Source of the DNA: a virus
Taxonomy: Duplodnaviria > Caudoviricetes
DNA length: 25,600 nucleotides
Strand: one strand, 5' to 3'
IMG/VR virus record: IMGVR_UViG_3300042473_000099
Coordinates: 1 to 25,600 of that record
Shown here: positions 8,742-19,100 of the stretch, piece by piece
Layout: each line of letters starts with the position of its first letter
Numbering within the stretch: the first letter of the stretch is position 1
Position numbers and translations under genes: made by a program
The notes under the pieces: model-generated
Database searches by the model: none
Told to the model about the DNA's origin: nothing
The model's input: only the letters and a program-made list of their open reading frames with translations

Positions 8742-8756
8742 ACTACAATTATACCA
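8742..8756 (-). promoter_or_regulatory. Extended -10 promoter, probably leaderless
   Basis: TGG-TATAAT-TGTAGT-ATG(8741); no Shine-Dalgarno; the upstream gene's TAA stop is part of the TATAAT. Confidence 0.62.
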
Positions 8757-9195
8757 GAAGCCCAGTTGTGACAGACCTAGTTTCAGAATCATAAATCTCT
8801 AGATCATCTGTAAGAACTGGATTTATCGATGATATTTGGACTATTGCCCTTACTGTTTCTGTTCCTGTTTTTAAAAATGAATAATTTTTTGATCCAGTGG
8901 TTCCTATGTAAGAAGGAGTTGCCCCATCAAAACCGACGAATATGTCGTAGGCAATTTGTATTGAAACCTCTCCCACCTCCCAGTTTAAAAATATTGTATT
9001 TCCAATAGGATTTAGGTCTCCTATTCCAACAGCAACAGCCTCAGTTGGACCAAGAATAAATATTTTTGAGTAGGCAGATTTTCTATTTCTATCTTCTGAA
9101 ATCACCCTAAATCTTACAACTCTTGCATTAGAAGAAGTTACTTTTCCAAGTGATTCCTTTTTAATAATAACATTTCTTATTCCTTTGTCTGCCAT
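8749..9195 (-). CDS. Putative virion structural protein (beta-rich, possibly fibronectin-III-like)
   Basis: 148 aa in the tail-gene cluster; VRFRVISEDRNRKSAYS and IFLNW...YDIFV patterns. Confidence 0.55.
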   Translation of the reverse strand: MADKGIRNVIIKKESLGKVTSSNARVVRFRVISEDRNRKSAYSKIFILGPTEAVAVGIGDLNPIGNTIFLNWEVGEVSIQIAYDIFVGFDGATPSYIGTTGSKNYSFLKTGTETVRAIVQISSINPVLTDDLEIYDSETRSVTTGLLV

Positions 9196-9197
9196 TG

Positions 9198-10583
9198 CTA
9201 AACACCCAAGGCAAATCTAAATTCAATATAGTTTGTTGTATTTGCTGACTTGATAATTGGTTTTGCTCCCACACTCTTAATTACAGAGTACCCAGTCAAT
9301 CCATACAAAGAGTTTGTTGATGTAATATTTTCTAATCTTAGCCCATCCAAACAAACATAAAATTGATCCGATGGCAAGTCATTCTCAGTAACACAAGCAT
9401 AAATCTTTGCTACCGAAACCTCACGCCAGTCAAAGTTGTCTGTTTTGTTTAAATCTTTAAGTGCTTTTTTAGCAACGACATATCTGTTTAAAGCAAAATT
9501 TATTGTCTCTAGTGCTGTTCCTTCTGTATAGCCCACATGGTCAATATCTACCTCAAACCTTGCAGACTCTTGCACAGAGTTTGGCCCTGTATGAGAAAAC
9601 TCTAATAATATTTTAACATTATCTGGAACGGTATTATTAGCATTTCCAACCTTATTTACAACAGAAAATGCAAGCCTTAGTTCGTCTAGTGGATTATTCT
9701 TTGTAAGATCTACAGTGGTCTCATTAAGCCTAATATATTTTGATCCAGTTCCGACCTCAATATTTCCAAAATTATCAAGTGTAAGGGTAGAACTATTTCC
9801 AACCATAGCAATAATATTATTTAAAAATCTGCATCTTTCGTTTCTTGCCACCCTGTTTGAATTTGTAAAAATTTTATTGTCTGCGTTTGTTTGAAATACT
9901 GGATAAACCTGATTAATAATATTTGTTTCTACATCGTTAATTAAATATCCTGATGAGACAAATGTTGATGTAATTGCACTTGGTGCAGTTATTGTAAATG
10001 TATTTGATGTTGGAACCGTTTGAATATTTTTATCTAATAAATTAAAAACAACTGGAGAAACACCAATTATAGATATTTTATTTCCAACTGCAAGTCCGTG
10101 GTTTGCATCTGTTGTGTAAGTTATAGTTGTTCCTGATGCAGTTGCATTGATTATATTAACTACACGATCATCTAGTGGACTATAGATAGTTTCAATATCG
10201 ACAGCGGAAGAGCCAAAAGGCTGGTACAGCCAACTATCTGTATCAGCAAAAGAGTATATATTCCTACTATCAAATGCTCCAGCAACTGGGTTTGATGCAG
10301 CAGAAAACACTCCTACCTCTGTTATTTCATATCTCTCTTCTGTTGGCAGTTGTGCTGTTAAAACTACCTTATCTATACCGTCTTCATTTACAAAACCCCT
10401 AGAGATAATCGGAACACGAAACATTTCAAAATCTAAAGACTCCTTTAATGCGTAGTCTCCAAAATTACCCCCGTCAGAAGCCACTGGAGTGGGTCCACAG
10501 CCCACAGCAATATGAGAGGCATATGATTGTGTCTGCCCTACAAGATACTTGGCTAAAAGATTTTTACCTATATTAGTTATCAT
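9198..10583 (-). CDS. Putative baseplate/tail structural protein
   Basis: N-terminus MITNIGKNLLAKYLVG...HIAVGCG...EITEVGVF resembles tail-collar/fibre N-terminal domains; internal HGL-type beta module; position in the tail cluster. Confidence 0.62.
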   Translation of the reverse strand: MITNIGKNLLAKYLVGQTQSYASHIAVGCGPTPVASDGGNFGDYALKESLDFEMFRVPIISRGFVNEDGIDKVVLTAQLPTEERYEITEVGVFSAASNPVAGAFDSRNIYSFADTDSWLYQPFGSSAVDIETIYSPLDDRVVNIINATASGTTITYTTDANHGLAVGNKISIIGVSPVVFNLLDKNIQTVPTSNTFTITAPSAITSTFVSSGYLINDVETNIINQVYPVFQTNADNKIFTNSNRVARNERCRFLNNIIAMVGNSSTLTLDNFGNIEVGTGSKYIRLNETTVDLTKNNPLDELRLAFSVVNKVGNANNTVPDNVKILLEFSHTGPNSVQESARFEVDIDHVGYTEGTALETINFALNRYVVAKKALKDLNKTDNFDWREVSVAKIYACVTENDLPSDQFYVCLDGLRLENITSTNSLYGLTGYSVIKSVGAKPIIKSANTTNYIEFRFALGV

Positions 10584-11143
10584 TAATTACTCCCATTATG
10601 TATTGTATCATCAAAAATTTCTCCACTAGTCAATATTTGTACTTCTGCTTGGTCACTTTCTTTAATGTTAATTAAATTAATAACCAAATCTCCTGTTAGG
10701 GGGTCTATGTAGACTGACCTGCAATTAGGAATTTTTATCCACTTAGTCTTGTCTGGATCCACAACTCCTTCTGAAATGTATACTGGCTCTAGGTCGTAAC
10801 CAGTTCCACAAACTGGCAAATAGTCAAAAATTGACAGAGGCAAAGACCTAAGATATGCGTCAGATGATTGAAGCCTTAAAACATTGTTTGGGTTGTACTG
10901 TAAATACAGATCTGTTAGATTTTTAATTGGGGTGTAAATAACCTTTTGTCCATTTACCAAATCGTGTCTAGATATTGTGGCAAGTTCATATCCGCCTATG
11001 TCTTCGAATATAAGGTCTGTCATTATTTCAATAGAAACCAACTCATCACTTGCAATGATTAAGTCTGGTGTAGCAATTTTTACTGATTTATCATCTAGTA
11101 TTTTTTTTGGATCTGGAAGATCTGCTGTTGCGCCAGTTGTCAT
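10583..11143 (-). CDS. Putative virion structural protein
   Basis: 186-aa acidic ORF, TAATG-coupled on both sides, in the tail cluster. Confidence 0.55.
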   Translation of the reverse strand: MTTGATADLPDPKKILDDKSVKIATPDLIIASDELVSIEIMTDLIFEDIGGYELATISRHDLVNGQKVIYTPIKNLTDLYLQYNPNNVLRLQSSDAYLRSLPLSIFDYLPVCGTGYDLEPVYISEGVVDPDKTKWIKIPNCRSVYIDPLTGDLVINLINIKESDQAEVQILTSGEIFDDTIHNGSN

Positions 11144-14100
11144 TACACTACCTCACTTAAAAACAATGTCATATCTGGACCATCAGGTCCTCTAGAAAAA
11201 TCAATGTTATAAACAACAAATCTACTAGATGGGTTTGATGCCATGTTTACACTGTTTTCCTGATAATCTAAACTAACTATGTCACCAAGTTGAATTGTTG
11301 GAATTGAAAATATTTTAACTCCAATAGACTTTCTTGGCTTTGTTGTTTTTTCAATCATCCACTTCATTAGGTTTGATGCTTCGTCTTGTGACTGTATGTA
11401 TTTGGCATCTAAAGCAAAGTCTTTTTTGCCGTATGTCATTCTGCTTAACTTTATGTCTTGATAGTCTTGTTTAAACTTAAATGGATTTGAAATTAACTTA
11501 TCTGCAATAAACTGAGGGTTTGACTCAAGACTATTCTTATTAAAGTATTCGTCAACTGTCAAGTTATTATCAGACTGCTGTGTAAAAGTAATTCCTTGAA
11601 TCCTTAAATAGTTTCCACTTGTTTCGTCTAGGCTGATGGCTGTATCTGTTGCATTGAAAATAAGAAACTCTGCCCCATAAGAACCTGCTCTAAAACCAGA
11701 AACAACGTATCCCTTTATCTTATTAAATGTTGGAGAGATTTTTGCAGTTAATGCTGGGTAGGCTTTGTCATATTTAAAATTAAATGCTGCTGCCTCTCTC
11801 ATAATGCTTCCAAACTCTTCAAAATATATATCATATTTTGGAGGCTCTGATGATCCGACTCCAGAAAGATATGTGTTTTGAATTAATCCACTAATAGCAT
11901 ATTTTCTAAAAGACTCATCTGCATCAATTTCATTATCTCCAAAAACAGAATTAACTGGAGCACCTAAACGAAATGAAGTATTTTGAGAATAATTATTGCA
12001 TAGGGCATATACATTTTCAAACATTGCTCGTGATGAGCCTCTTGCAAACAAAGCAATATCAGAATAAATTGGAAGAGGATCGTTGTCATCTACTGTTTTT
12101 ATTAGTGACCCATTCATATATAGATAGAATCGTCTTATACTTCCTATGTCTTCATATTCTACTGCCAAGTCATATACCGTTGGATTTTCCTCAGCAAACA
12201 TTCTTGACTGCCCAGTAAACCTTCCATCATCAACAGTTATTTTTGCTAGACCATCCCAAAGACTTATAGGAATTGCTTTACCGTTATCAGATTTGACCTT
12301 ATAGAAAAAGACATTGCTAACACTTTGTCTTTCTGTTTTTGATAAGTCTCCTAGCCCAAGTGCTGCTATTTCAAAGTAGTATCCAACATTTGTGGTTGGA
12401 TTTAGCATTACTGCAATTCCTGCAGATCCGCCAGCAATGTTGATATTTTTATTTGGGGTAGAACCATTTACAACATAGTATGTTGATGACCCGTTTGATG
12501 TTTGTCCACGATCTTGGTTGCTTTCTATGTTTCCAATAATTCTTAACCTTGTTCCAAAATGTTTATATTTTTTACCCTGTAGAGACTTATGAACATATGA
12601 AATAAAATTTCTTGGCTTTTCTTTAGTGTTAAAGTTTGGACCAGTTAGTGAAAGTGCTGATGACTGAACTGATCCTGGAACCTGTTGAGTGTTTGTTGTT
12701 ATTTCTCCAACGTTTACAGTTGACATAAAGTTTTTAATAATTCCACTTCTAGACGATGTTCTTGATAGTGCATCAGAAGATACTCCAGAGTCAGTCAACT
12801 TGCCAGAAGATCCTACTGTTGTTAGAGGAGGTAGTTGCTTTTTTTCAAAAAGATGTTCTGAAGACATGTAACAACCCTTTACATTGTCATCAGATTTCCA
12901 ATAGTCAGATATTCCAGCGCTGTGTGCAACCACTGTTGTTCCAAATTGACCACGGCCATGCTTTTGAACTTCTCCATTTTGTAATTTAATAACACCTGAT
13001 TGCTCAAAATATTTTGGCTCAGAATATATTCTTACAAGCCCAGTTGGATATATCTTTCCGTTAAATGGAAGTTTGGAGAAATAGTTTTGATAATCTTCTA
13101 TGGAAGTTATCCAGACATTCCCAAAACCAGTAACGTTGTACTGGACCGCATCATATTTTATAATTTCTCCCTGTGAATAAAAATATCCGTTATATCTTGT
13201 AATCCAGTAGGCAGCCTCTCCAAGACTAAATGTGTTATTTATTACAATATTATTTTTCACGGTTGGAACATCTGCAGAAAGATTAGAATTAAGTGGTATT
13301 GCGCTAAGCACATATGCTGACTGCGTATTGACCTCATTGTTTATAGATTTTGTGTTTTCTGTTCCAGATACTTCCCACAACAGTACTGGTTTATATGTAT
13401 ATAGCCTTTCATCATCTAAAAGACTAGCCTGCCTTAAAGACCCAATTGATCTTTGTATGTGCCTTGTTGTATAGTTAATTACGCCATCATTGTAGACATT
13501 GTTTGGCTGAACAGACACAGAAATAACATTTGCAAGTTTTTTATTGTTAACCGTTTTGTTCTTTACTTCTCTATCTTGAACTAAATCATTTGTTCCTTTA
13601 AGTTCAAAGGTTGTTGGTCTTTGCTCTTTTGTTGGCATGATGTAGTCTTTGCTCATCATTACAAAATTATTGTACTCATCAAAAAACATTGCAGTTTGAG
13701 TTGATACTGCTAGATCTTGTAGTACTTCTGCAACGCTCTTATCTGGTCCAATAAAAAAGTATGGGATTATTGTTTCTTTTTCATTCGCAACTCTTTTAAA
13801 TGTGTAATTAGAAAAACCAATGTGGTCAAGCAAAAGGGATACTGCAGAACTGACAGAAACCTCTGTCATCAATATTTGTGGAGCAGTCATTGATTCTAAA
13901 TACCAATACATATCTCTCAAAGATAAAGAAACAGTTTTGCCCATAAGGTCTTGCTTTGGGAACGAGTCTGAATACAGTGTTTTAATTGGAACCCAATAGT
14001 CCCAACCTGCAACATCAACAATGACTTCATAGAATTTAAACTGAATGTGTCTGTTTATATATTTTGATATTATGCTTGATGAGTTGTTTTCATTAAACGC

Positions 14101-15534
14101 TTGATCATAATCAAAGATATTTATATTTCCATTAGACGCAATTAACTGTCCAACTGGTAAACCACTTAGTCCAAGATCTGACGCACTCTTGTTAATTGAG
14201 TAGTCTAATGTCTTGTCAGAAATATTCATAACAAGTCTTGGAGATATTTCTATAAGGTCAAATGTTGAGTCTTTTACATTCATTGACTCAACAACAATTC
14301 TAATTCCAGAGATATATTCAAACTCTCTATACTGTTCTTTTCCGTCTAAAGACTTAGTGAATACATTTGGAGATGTAGCGTCTACAACAAAGTTTGTAAG
14401 TCTATCTACTGTTTCGTCTTGAACATACCATCCATACTTTGGGGTTATGATTGTATAGTCGTTACCATTCCAAATATAAAACTTTCCGATATCATTTTCA
14501 TTTTCTTTAATAAGATAGGCATATCCAACTACGGACTGTTCTGGAAGAAGAGACACGCTTGTATATACTTCTGCAAAAACAAAGTTTGGTCTCCATTCAT
14601 CTGGAACAATTAGACCATATGCTATTTCAACGTATCCATCACTTTTAATAATTGGGGTTCCATCTACCCTTGTTATTGCTGGATTAAAAGAAATAACATT
14701 TTCCCAATTCCCATCTTTTAAAAATTGGATCTTCCATCGTGAAGGAGTTTTTTGATTTAGTTCTCCAAAGAATGGGTCTGCAAATGCTCCAGTTGGTGAT
14801 GAGAATGGTCCTAGGTTTTCTGTTCCAGTATGGGTTTGCATTTTAACTACAACTCTATTTGTTGGAATCTTTTCTTTATAAACAACAAAAGGGCAAGCAT
14901 CCTCTATAGAGTTCTGAGATCCTCTTACCTTTGATGCGATACCATATTCAGACCAAGTTTCAACAGTGCCTAGTTTTTGTTTTCCATCTTTATCTGTAAA
15001 TATTTGAGATGGACCGTATGAGACTGTGTTGTCATTATAGGTATACTTATATGTTCCTTCACCTCTGTACGATGTCCAATATTTAAACTTATCGTTTTTA
15101 TCTGGCATGTAGTATCTTGGTCTATCTGCCATAAAAAGATTTGGGTGATGAAGTTTTCCATTTTCAAAAAATACTGCTTTATTGATTCCAGATCTTGGTC
15201 TAAATTGATTAAAGCACTCCTCCAAAGAATAGAGAGTCTTTAGTTTTTCTTTCTTTGTTAAAAATGTTGTTGGGATATCGCCATTGTCGAATGTTCCATC
15301 TACAAGAGTGTCTGCATCGGTTGCTCCTGTATAAAAATTTCCATCATCATTAATATCAAAACTTGTTGGAAGCGAAGAATAAAGAGAAGAAGCATCTGTC
15401 GGTCTATACCTATAGTTTCCAATATGTTTTATATTGGTTGGTATATTCATATTCCATTCTGCTATTATTATTGACTTGTTTCGTACCGTGGACGAAGTCT
15501 CTAAAAAATTTTGCAGGTCTTTGTCTTCAAACAT
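11143..15534 (-). CDS. Large minor tail protein (hub/central-fibre-like)
   Basis: 1463 aa, second gene after the TMP. SVAEVLQDLAVSTQTAMFFDEYNNFVM and the C-terminal YIQSQDEASNLMKW...PTIQLGDIVSL...FVVYNIDFS are hub-type (gp27/gpJ-like) motifs; beta-rich internal domains. Confidence 0.75.
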   Translation of the reverse strand: MFEDKDLQNFLETSSTVRNKSIIIAEWNMNIPTNIKHIGNYRYRPTDASSLYSSLPTSFDINDDGNFYTGATDADTLVDGTFDNGDIPTTFLTKKEKLKTLYSLEECFNQFRPRSGINKAVFFENGKLHHPNLFMADRPRYYMPDKNDKFKYWTSYRGEGTYKYTYNDNTVSYGPSQIFTDKDGKQKLGTVETWSEYGIASKVRGSQNSIEDACPFVVYKEKIPTNRVVVKMQTHTGTENLGPFSSPTGAFADPFFGELNQKTPSRWKIQFLKDGNWENVISFNPAITRVDGTPIIKSDGYVEIAYGLIVPDEWRPNFVFAEVYTSVSLLPEQSVVGYAYLIKENENDIGKFYIWNGNDYTIITPKYGWYVQDETVDRLTNFVVDATSPNVFTKSLDGKEQYREFEYISGIRIVVESMNVKDSTFDLIEISPRLVMNISDKTLDYSINKSASDLGLSGLPVGQLIASNGNINIFDYDQAFNENNSSSIISKYINRHIQFKFYEVIVDVAGWDYWVPIKTLYSDSFPKQDLMGKTVSLSLRDMYWYLESMTAPQILMTEVSVSSAVSLLLDHIGFSNYTFKRVANEKETIIPYFFIGPDKSVAEVLQDLAVSTQTAMFFDEYNNFVMMSKDYIMPTKEQRPTTFELKGTNDLVQDREVKNKTVNNKKLANVISVSVQPNNVYNDGVINYTTRHIQRSIGSLRQASLLDDERLYTYKPVLLWEVSGTENTKSINNEVNTQSAYVLSAIPLNSNLSADVPTVKNNIVINNTFSLGEAAYWITRYNGYFYSQGEIIKYDAVQYNVTGFGNVWITSIEDYQNYFSKLPFNGKIYPTGLVRIYSEPKYFEQSGVIKLQNGEVQKHGRGQFGTTVVAHSAGISDYWKSDDNVKGCYMSSEHLFEKKQLPPLTTVGSSGKLTDSGVSSDALSRTSSRSGIIKNFMSTVNVGEITTNTQQVPGSVQSSALSLTGPNFNTKEKPRNFISYVHKSLQGKKYKHFGTRLRIIGNIESNQDRGQTSNGSSTYYVVNGSTPNKNINIAGGSAGIAVMLNPTTNVGYYFEIAALGLGDLSKTERQSVSNVFFYKVKSDNGKAIPISLWDGLAKITVDDGRFTGQSRMFAEENPTVYDLAVEYEDIGSIRRFYLYMNGSLIKTVDDNDPLPIYSDIALFARGSSRAMFENVYALCNNYSQNTSFRLGAPVNSVFGDNEIDADESFRKYAISGLIQNTYLSGVGSSEPPKYDIYFEEFGSIMREAAAFNFKYDKAYPALTAKISPTFNKIKGYVVSGFRAGSYGAEFLIFNATDTAISLDETSGNYLRIQGITFTQQSDNNLTVDEYFNKNSLESNPQFIADKLISNPFKFKQDYQDIKLSRMTYGKKDFALDAKYIQSQDEASNLMKWMIEKTTKPRKSIGVKIFSIPTIQLGDIVSLDYQENSVNMASNPSSRFVVYNIDFSRGPDGPDMTLFLSEVV

Positions 15535-16178
15535 TATACTTCTTCCAGTGTTACTGAGACATTCCAGAAATCAAACTTGGTTCCTCGTTTTTCAACAGAG
15601 TATGAAAAATCACTAATAAACATCTCTATAAGTTGATTATACTGCTGAAGGTGTTCATATGGCTCAGGCGTTCCTTTAAAAATACCTTTTCTATCATATG
15701 CAAGAAACACCCAAAAAGATCCTTTGTGTGCGTCATACCATTCAAGCATGTCTGCTCCGCCTGCTCCTCCATCTGATGTATAAGACTTATGTGGAGATAC
15801 TCCAGTTACTGCATCAAATGTTGGAATATTTGCATGAGACCTAGATGGAATCATATCCCAACTTGTGCTTAATGTTATCTTGTCTGCAATGTGATACGAT
15901 CTCATACGACCATTAATCATTCTTTCACGCTTTTCAATTCTTTCTTCTGAGAACTCAAGAGGCTGTCTATTGTCATCAGTAATAAGTAGGAACTGGTCTA
16001 GCAATGTTTCGTCTTCAACACTTTCGGGGTCCACGCCAATTTCATAACCGTTAGGAACATACAAACCATTTTTAAGGGTTCCAGTGTTTTCAGACCAAAG
16101 CATACCACTTGGTCTGTGGTATTTTTTACGACCCTGGATATAGGTTACCCTAGGATCTATCTCTCCTTCATCGACCAT
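15534..16178 (-). CDS. Minor tail protein, probable distal tail (Dit-like) protein
   Basis: 214 aa immediately after the TMP (11-nt overlap); RERMINGRMRSYHIADK.TLSTSW and C-terminal FWNVSVTLEEV fit the Dit/tube-like fold pattern. Confidence 0.68.
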   Translation of the reverse strand: MVDEGEIDPRVTYIQGRKKYHRPSGMLWSENTGTLKNGLYVPNGYEIGVDPESVEDETLLDQFLLITDDNRQPLEFSEERIEKRERMINGRMRSYHIADKITLSTSWDMIPSRSHANIPTFDAVTGVSPHKSYTSDGGAGGADMLEWYDAHKGSFWVFLAYDRKGIFKGTPEPYEHLQQYNQLIEMFISDFSYSVEKRGTKFDFWNVSVTLEEV

Positions 16179-19100
16179 TTAATGAAACCCCCCTAATTCT
16201 TCTATCGTCAACTCTCTTTATGGTTGACATTACTGCTTGTGCAATATCATTTGGATTTGCATCTGTCTTAGCATTAACAGTTAGTGTATATGTATTATTA
16301 TACACTGTCCCGCCAGTTGTCTGACCATTATTGATTGCTCTCATTGTATCTACGCCGTGAGAATCAACTGCATACTTGCTCATTACAAATTCGCCTGGAG
16401 TTAACATTGCTGGAACTGTATCAGTACCTCGTGCAAACCCTCCCATTGAGAAGTGCTTTATTATCCCTCCCATTGATTTATATTGAGGTGGAATAAATGT
16501 GCTTCCGTTATAAACACCAGTTCCTGGCACAAGTGTTTTAGGAGTACCCATAACCTTTTTTGATGCATTAATAACTGCAGCATCTTTTGCTGCTAAAGAA
16601 GCGCCAAAGTCAGTTGGGGTTATTTTTGCTTTTGCGATTGCTGCTACCTGTTTATCGTACTCATCTTTTTGTCTAACAAGAGTTATAGCATCAACAACTT
16701 TTCTATCTGCTGCTGCTAGTCCAGCACCAAAATCACTTGGTGTTGCTCCAGGAAGTTTAGACTTTGCAACCCAAGCATCGTATTCTGCTTTTGCCTTATC
16801 ATAATGTTGTGTAAATCCATTTTGAGGAATTCCTGTTCCTGCTGCTGCAGGTGGTGGAGTTGCTCCAGGACAATCTTGGTTTACTGGAATTTGTCTACCT
16901 AGTGAAGGACAGTACTTAAGTTCCTTTTTTTCTGGAACTGAACCGTTGTTGACTGCTCCCATTCCAACGCACTCTTTGTCATAATTTTCTTCTAGAACAT
17001 TGCGCCCTAACGTAACACAATACTTAAGTTTTGGAGGTTCTGCTCCATCAACCTTTTTACACTGACCATCGGCACCTCTAACTTCTCCTGTTGGGCAAGG
17101 AGGAAGATCGTCACTTGCTTTTATACAGTTTCCCTTACCATCATCAGTTGACCCAGGAGGACAAACTAGAGTTCCTGCAGGAATAATTGGTCCTGGCTTA
17201 GGCAATTTCAGTTTTTTGTATTCCTCTATTAATTCATTTACAATTTTTTCAGCCTGAGTCATTAGGTCCATAAACACTTCATTGCTTGTTCTTGCTATAT
17301 CGATATCATTTTGCATTCTTTCCCAACGTGCTCTTTCGATATCGATTGGCTTTATTGCCTCTCTTAAAGCAACTTCTTTTTGTCTAATTAGTTCTTGATC
17401 AAACTCTATCTTTTCTTCTTGTTGAAATACTAACTCTTGAAGCCTCTTAATTTCTGTTTCAACGTCTTGTCTGCTTTTTCCATCTTGTCTTACTTGTGAC
17501 AATTCATATTCTCTAGATTGTTGTAGCGCTTCCTTTTCTTTTGTGACTGCATCTGCTGCTGCTTGGGCTCGCATCTCTTGAGCAGCCCTTGCTGCTGCTG
17601 CAATGTCTCCAGATGTTAATGCTTCAGCAAGAGTTAATTGTCCTTTTTGCTGAGCAGAAATAGCAGCATTTGCTTTTTCAACTTGATCTAATGCCTCAAG
17701 TCTTTCATCATACTTGTCATTAATTTTTTGCTCTTGTTTTTCAATTCCACGAAGAATTGCTTCTTGGTCATCAATGTTATATTGGTATCCAGCGACTAAG
17801 TCTTGCGCTGCATCAATTTTATCTTTTAGTCCTCTAGTCTCAAAATCAAAATCTAACTGAAGAGTTTTTTCTTTTACATCTGCTTTATCCATAGCAGCAT
17901 TAAAGCCTTTATCAAATATGTCTTGCAGTCTGTCAATTCTTATTTGCTTTATTTGTACTTCAGTTTTTTTAACAACGATAGTCTTATTAAGTACTTTAAG
18001 AAACTCTTCAAAATACTTACTACCTGGCTTTATGCTTGATAGGTTAATCAAGATAGATTGTAACTCTGAACTATCATTTATAGTATCTTTTTGTTCCTGA
18101 TTTAAAATAGAAGATAGTTCTGTCATTCTTTGAAGAAGTAATACTCTTTCGTCTAGATCAGTGTTTAATTGTTCAATGGTTTGAACTGCAACATAATTCT
18201 TTTTCTTTTTAGTTGCTTCATTCCAAGCATCAACAATTTTTTTAATTTGTGCATCAGATAAATTCTTATTTGCAATTGCTGCAGCAAAGGTTGCATCTGC
18301 AACTGCTTCTAGTGCAACAGAGCCTTCAACTCCTGCAGCCTTAAGTCTTGTCAATGCTGTGGTCTGATAACCAATCTGCTTAGACATTTTTTCTTGATCG
18401 CTAACAAACCTACCAAGACTAATAGATGCTATTGCATCTCCTATGCTTCTGGCATTGTCTTTAATCTTTTTAATGTTACCCTTTGCATCAAACTCAAAGA
18501 GAGACTTCTTTCTATCTTCGTATTCCTTTGGATCCATGCCAGTTATGAGATCAATTAGGTCTTCTCCTGCTCCCAGTGCTCTCATATCATTTTCAATACC
18601 GCTGAATATTTTAATTGTCTTGCTGCCACCAAACATTTTGTTTAATGCTTTTTGTGATGCTCCCCAACCCTCTGTAACCTTAATTTGATTTTTTCTTACA
18701 TCTCTCAGTTTCTTTACTAACTCATCTAAAGGAGAAGAGTCTATCTTTCCTGAACTGCTTGAAGTGTTTTTGCTTTTTGGTGGTGCAGGCTCTGCCTTTG
18801 AAGCCTCTGTTACTGCAAACACTGATGCTCTGTAGTAATCTCCTTCTGTTTTCCCAGGGTTTGCCTTAAGCCAGTTTTGAATTGCATCTTTATTATTTCC
18901 AGCCATGTTAACCATGGTAGTAAGTGTCTGTAAATAAACCTTCTGTTGATGGGGCGGCAAAGAATTAAAGTATTCTTGATCTGCCTTAAGAACTGCCATT
19001 TCTTCTGCACCTAAAATTTTTGTTGCAATCTCAAGATCAATCTTTCCCTTTTGACTATTAATCTCATCAATTGTTTTTTGAAGTGCTGCTGCTGCAGCGG

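Noticed and set aside
8742-8792. ORF-track start at 8792 for the 164-aa ORF
   Set aside because: It overlaps the upstream gene; the ATG at 8741 follows the upstream stop and a -10 box.
15530-15545. TATAAT at the junction of the Dit-like and large tail genes
   Set aside because: It is simply the TAATG stop-start overlap preceded by TA, with no spacing that would fit a promoter for this gene.
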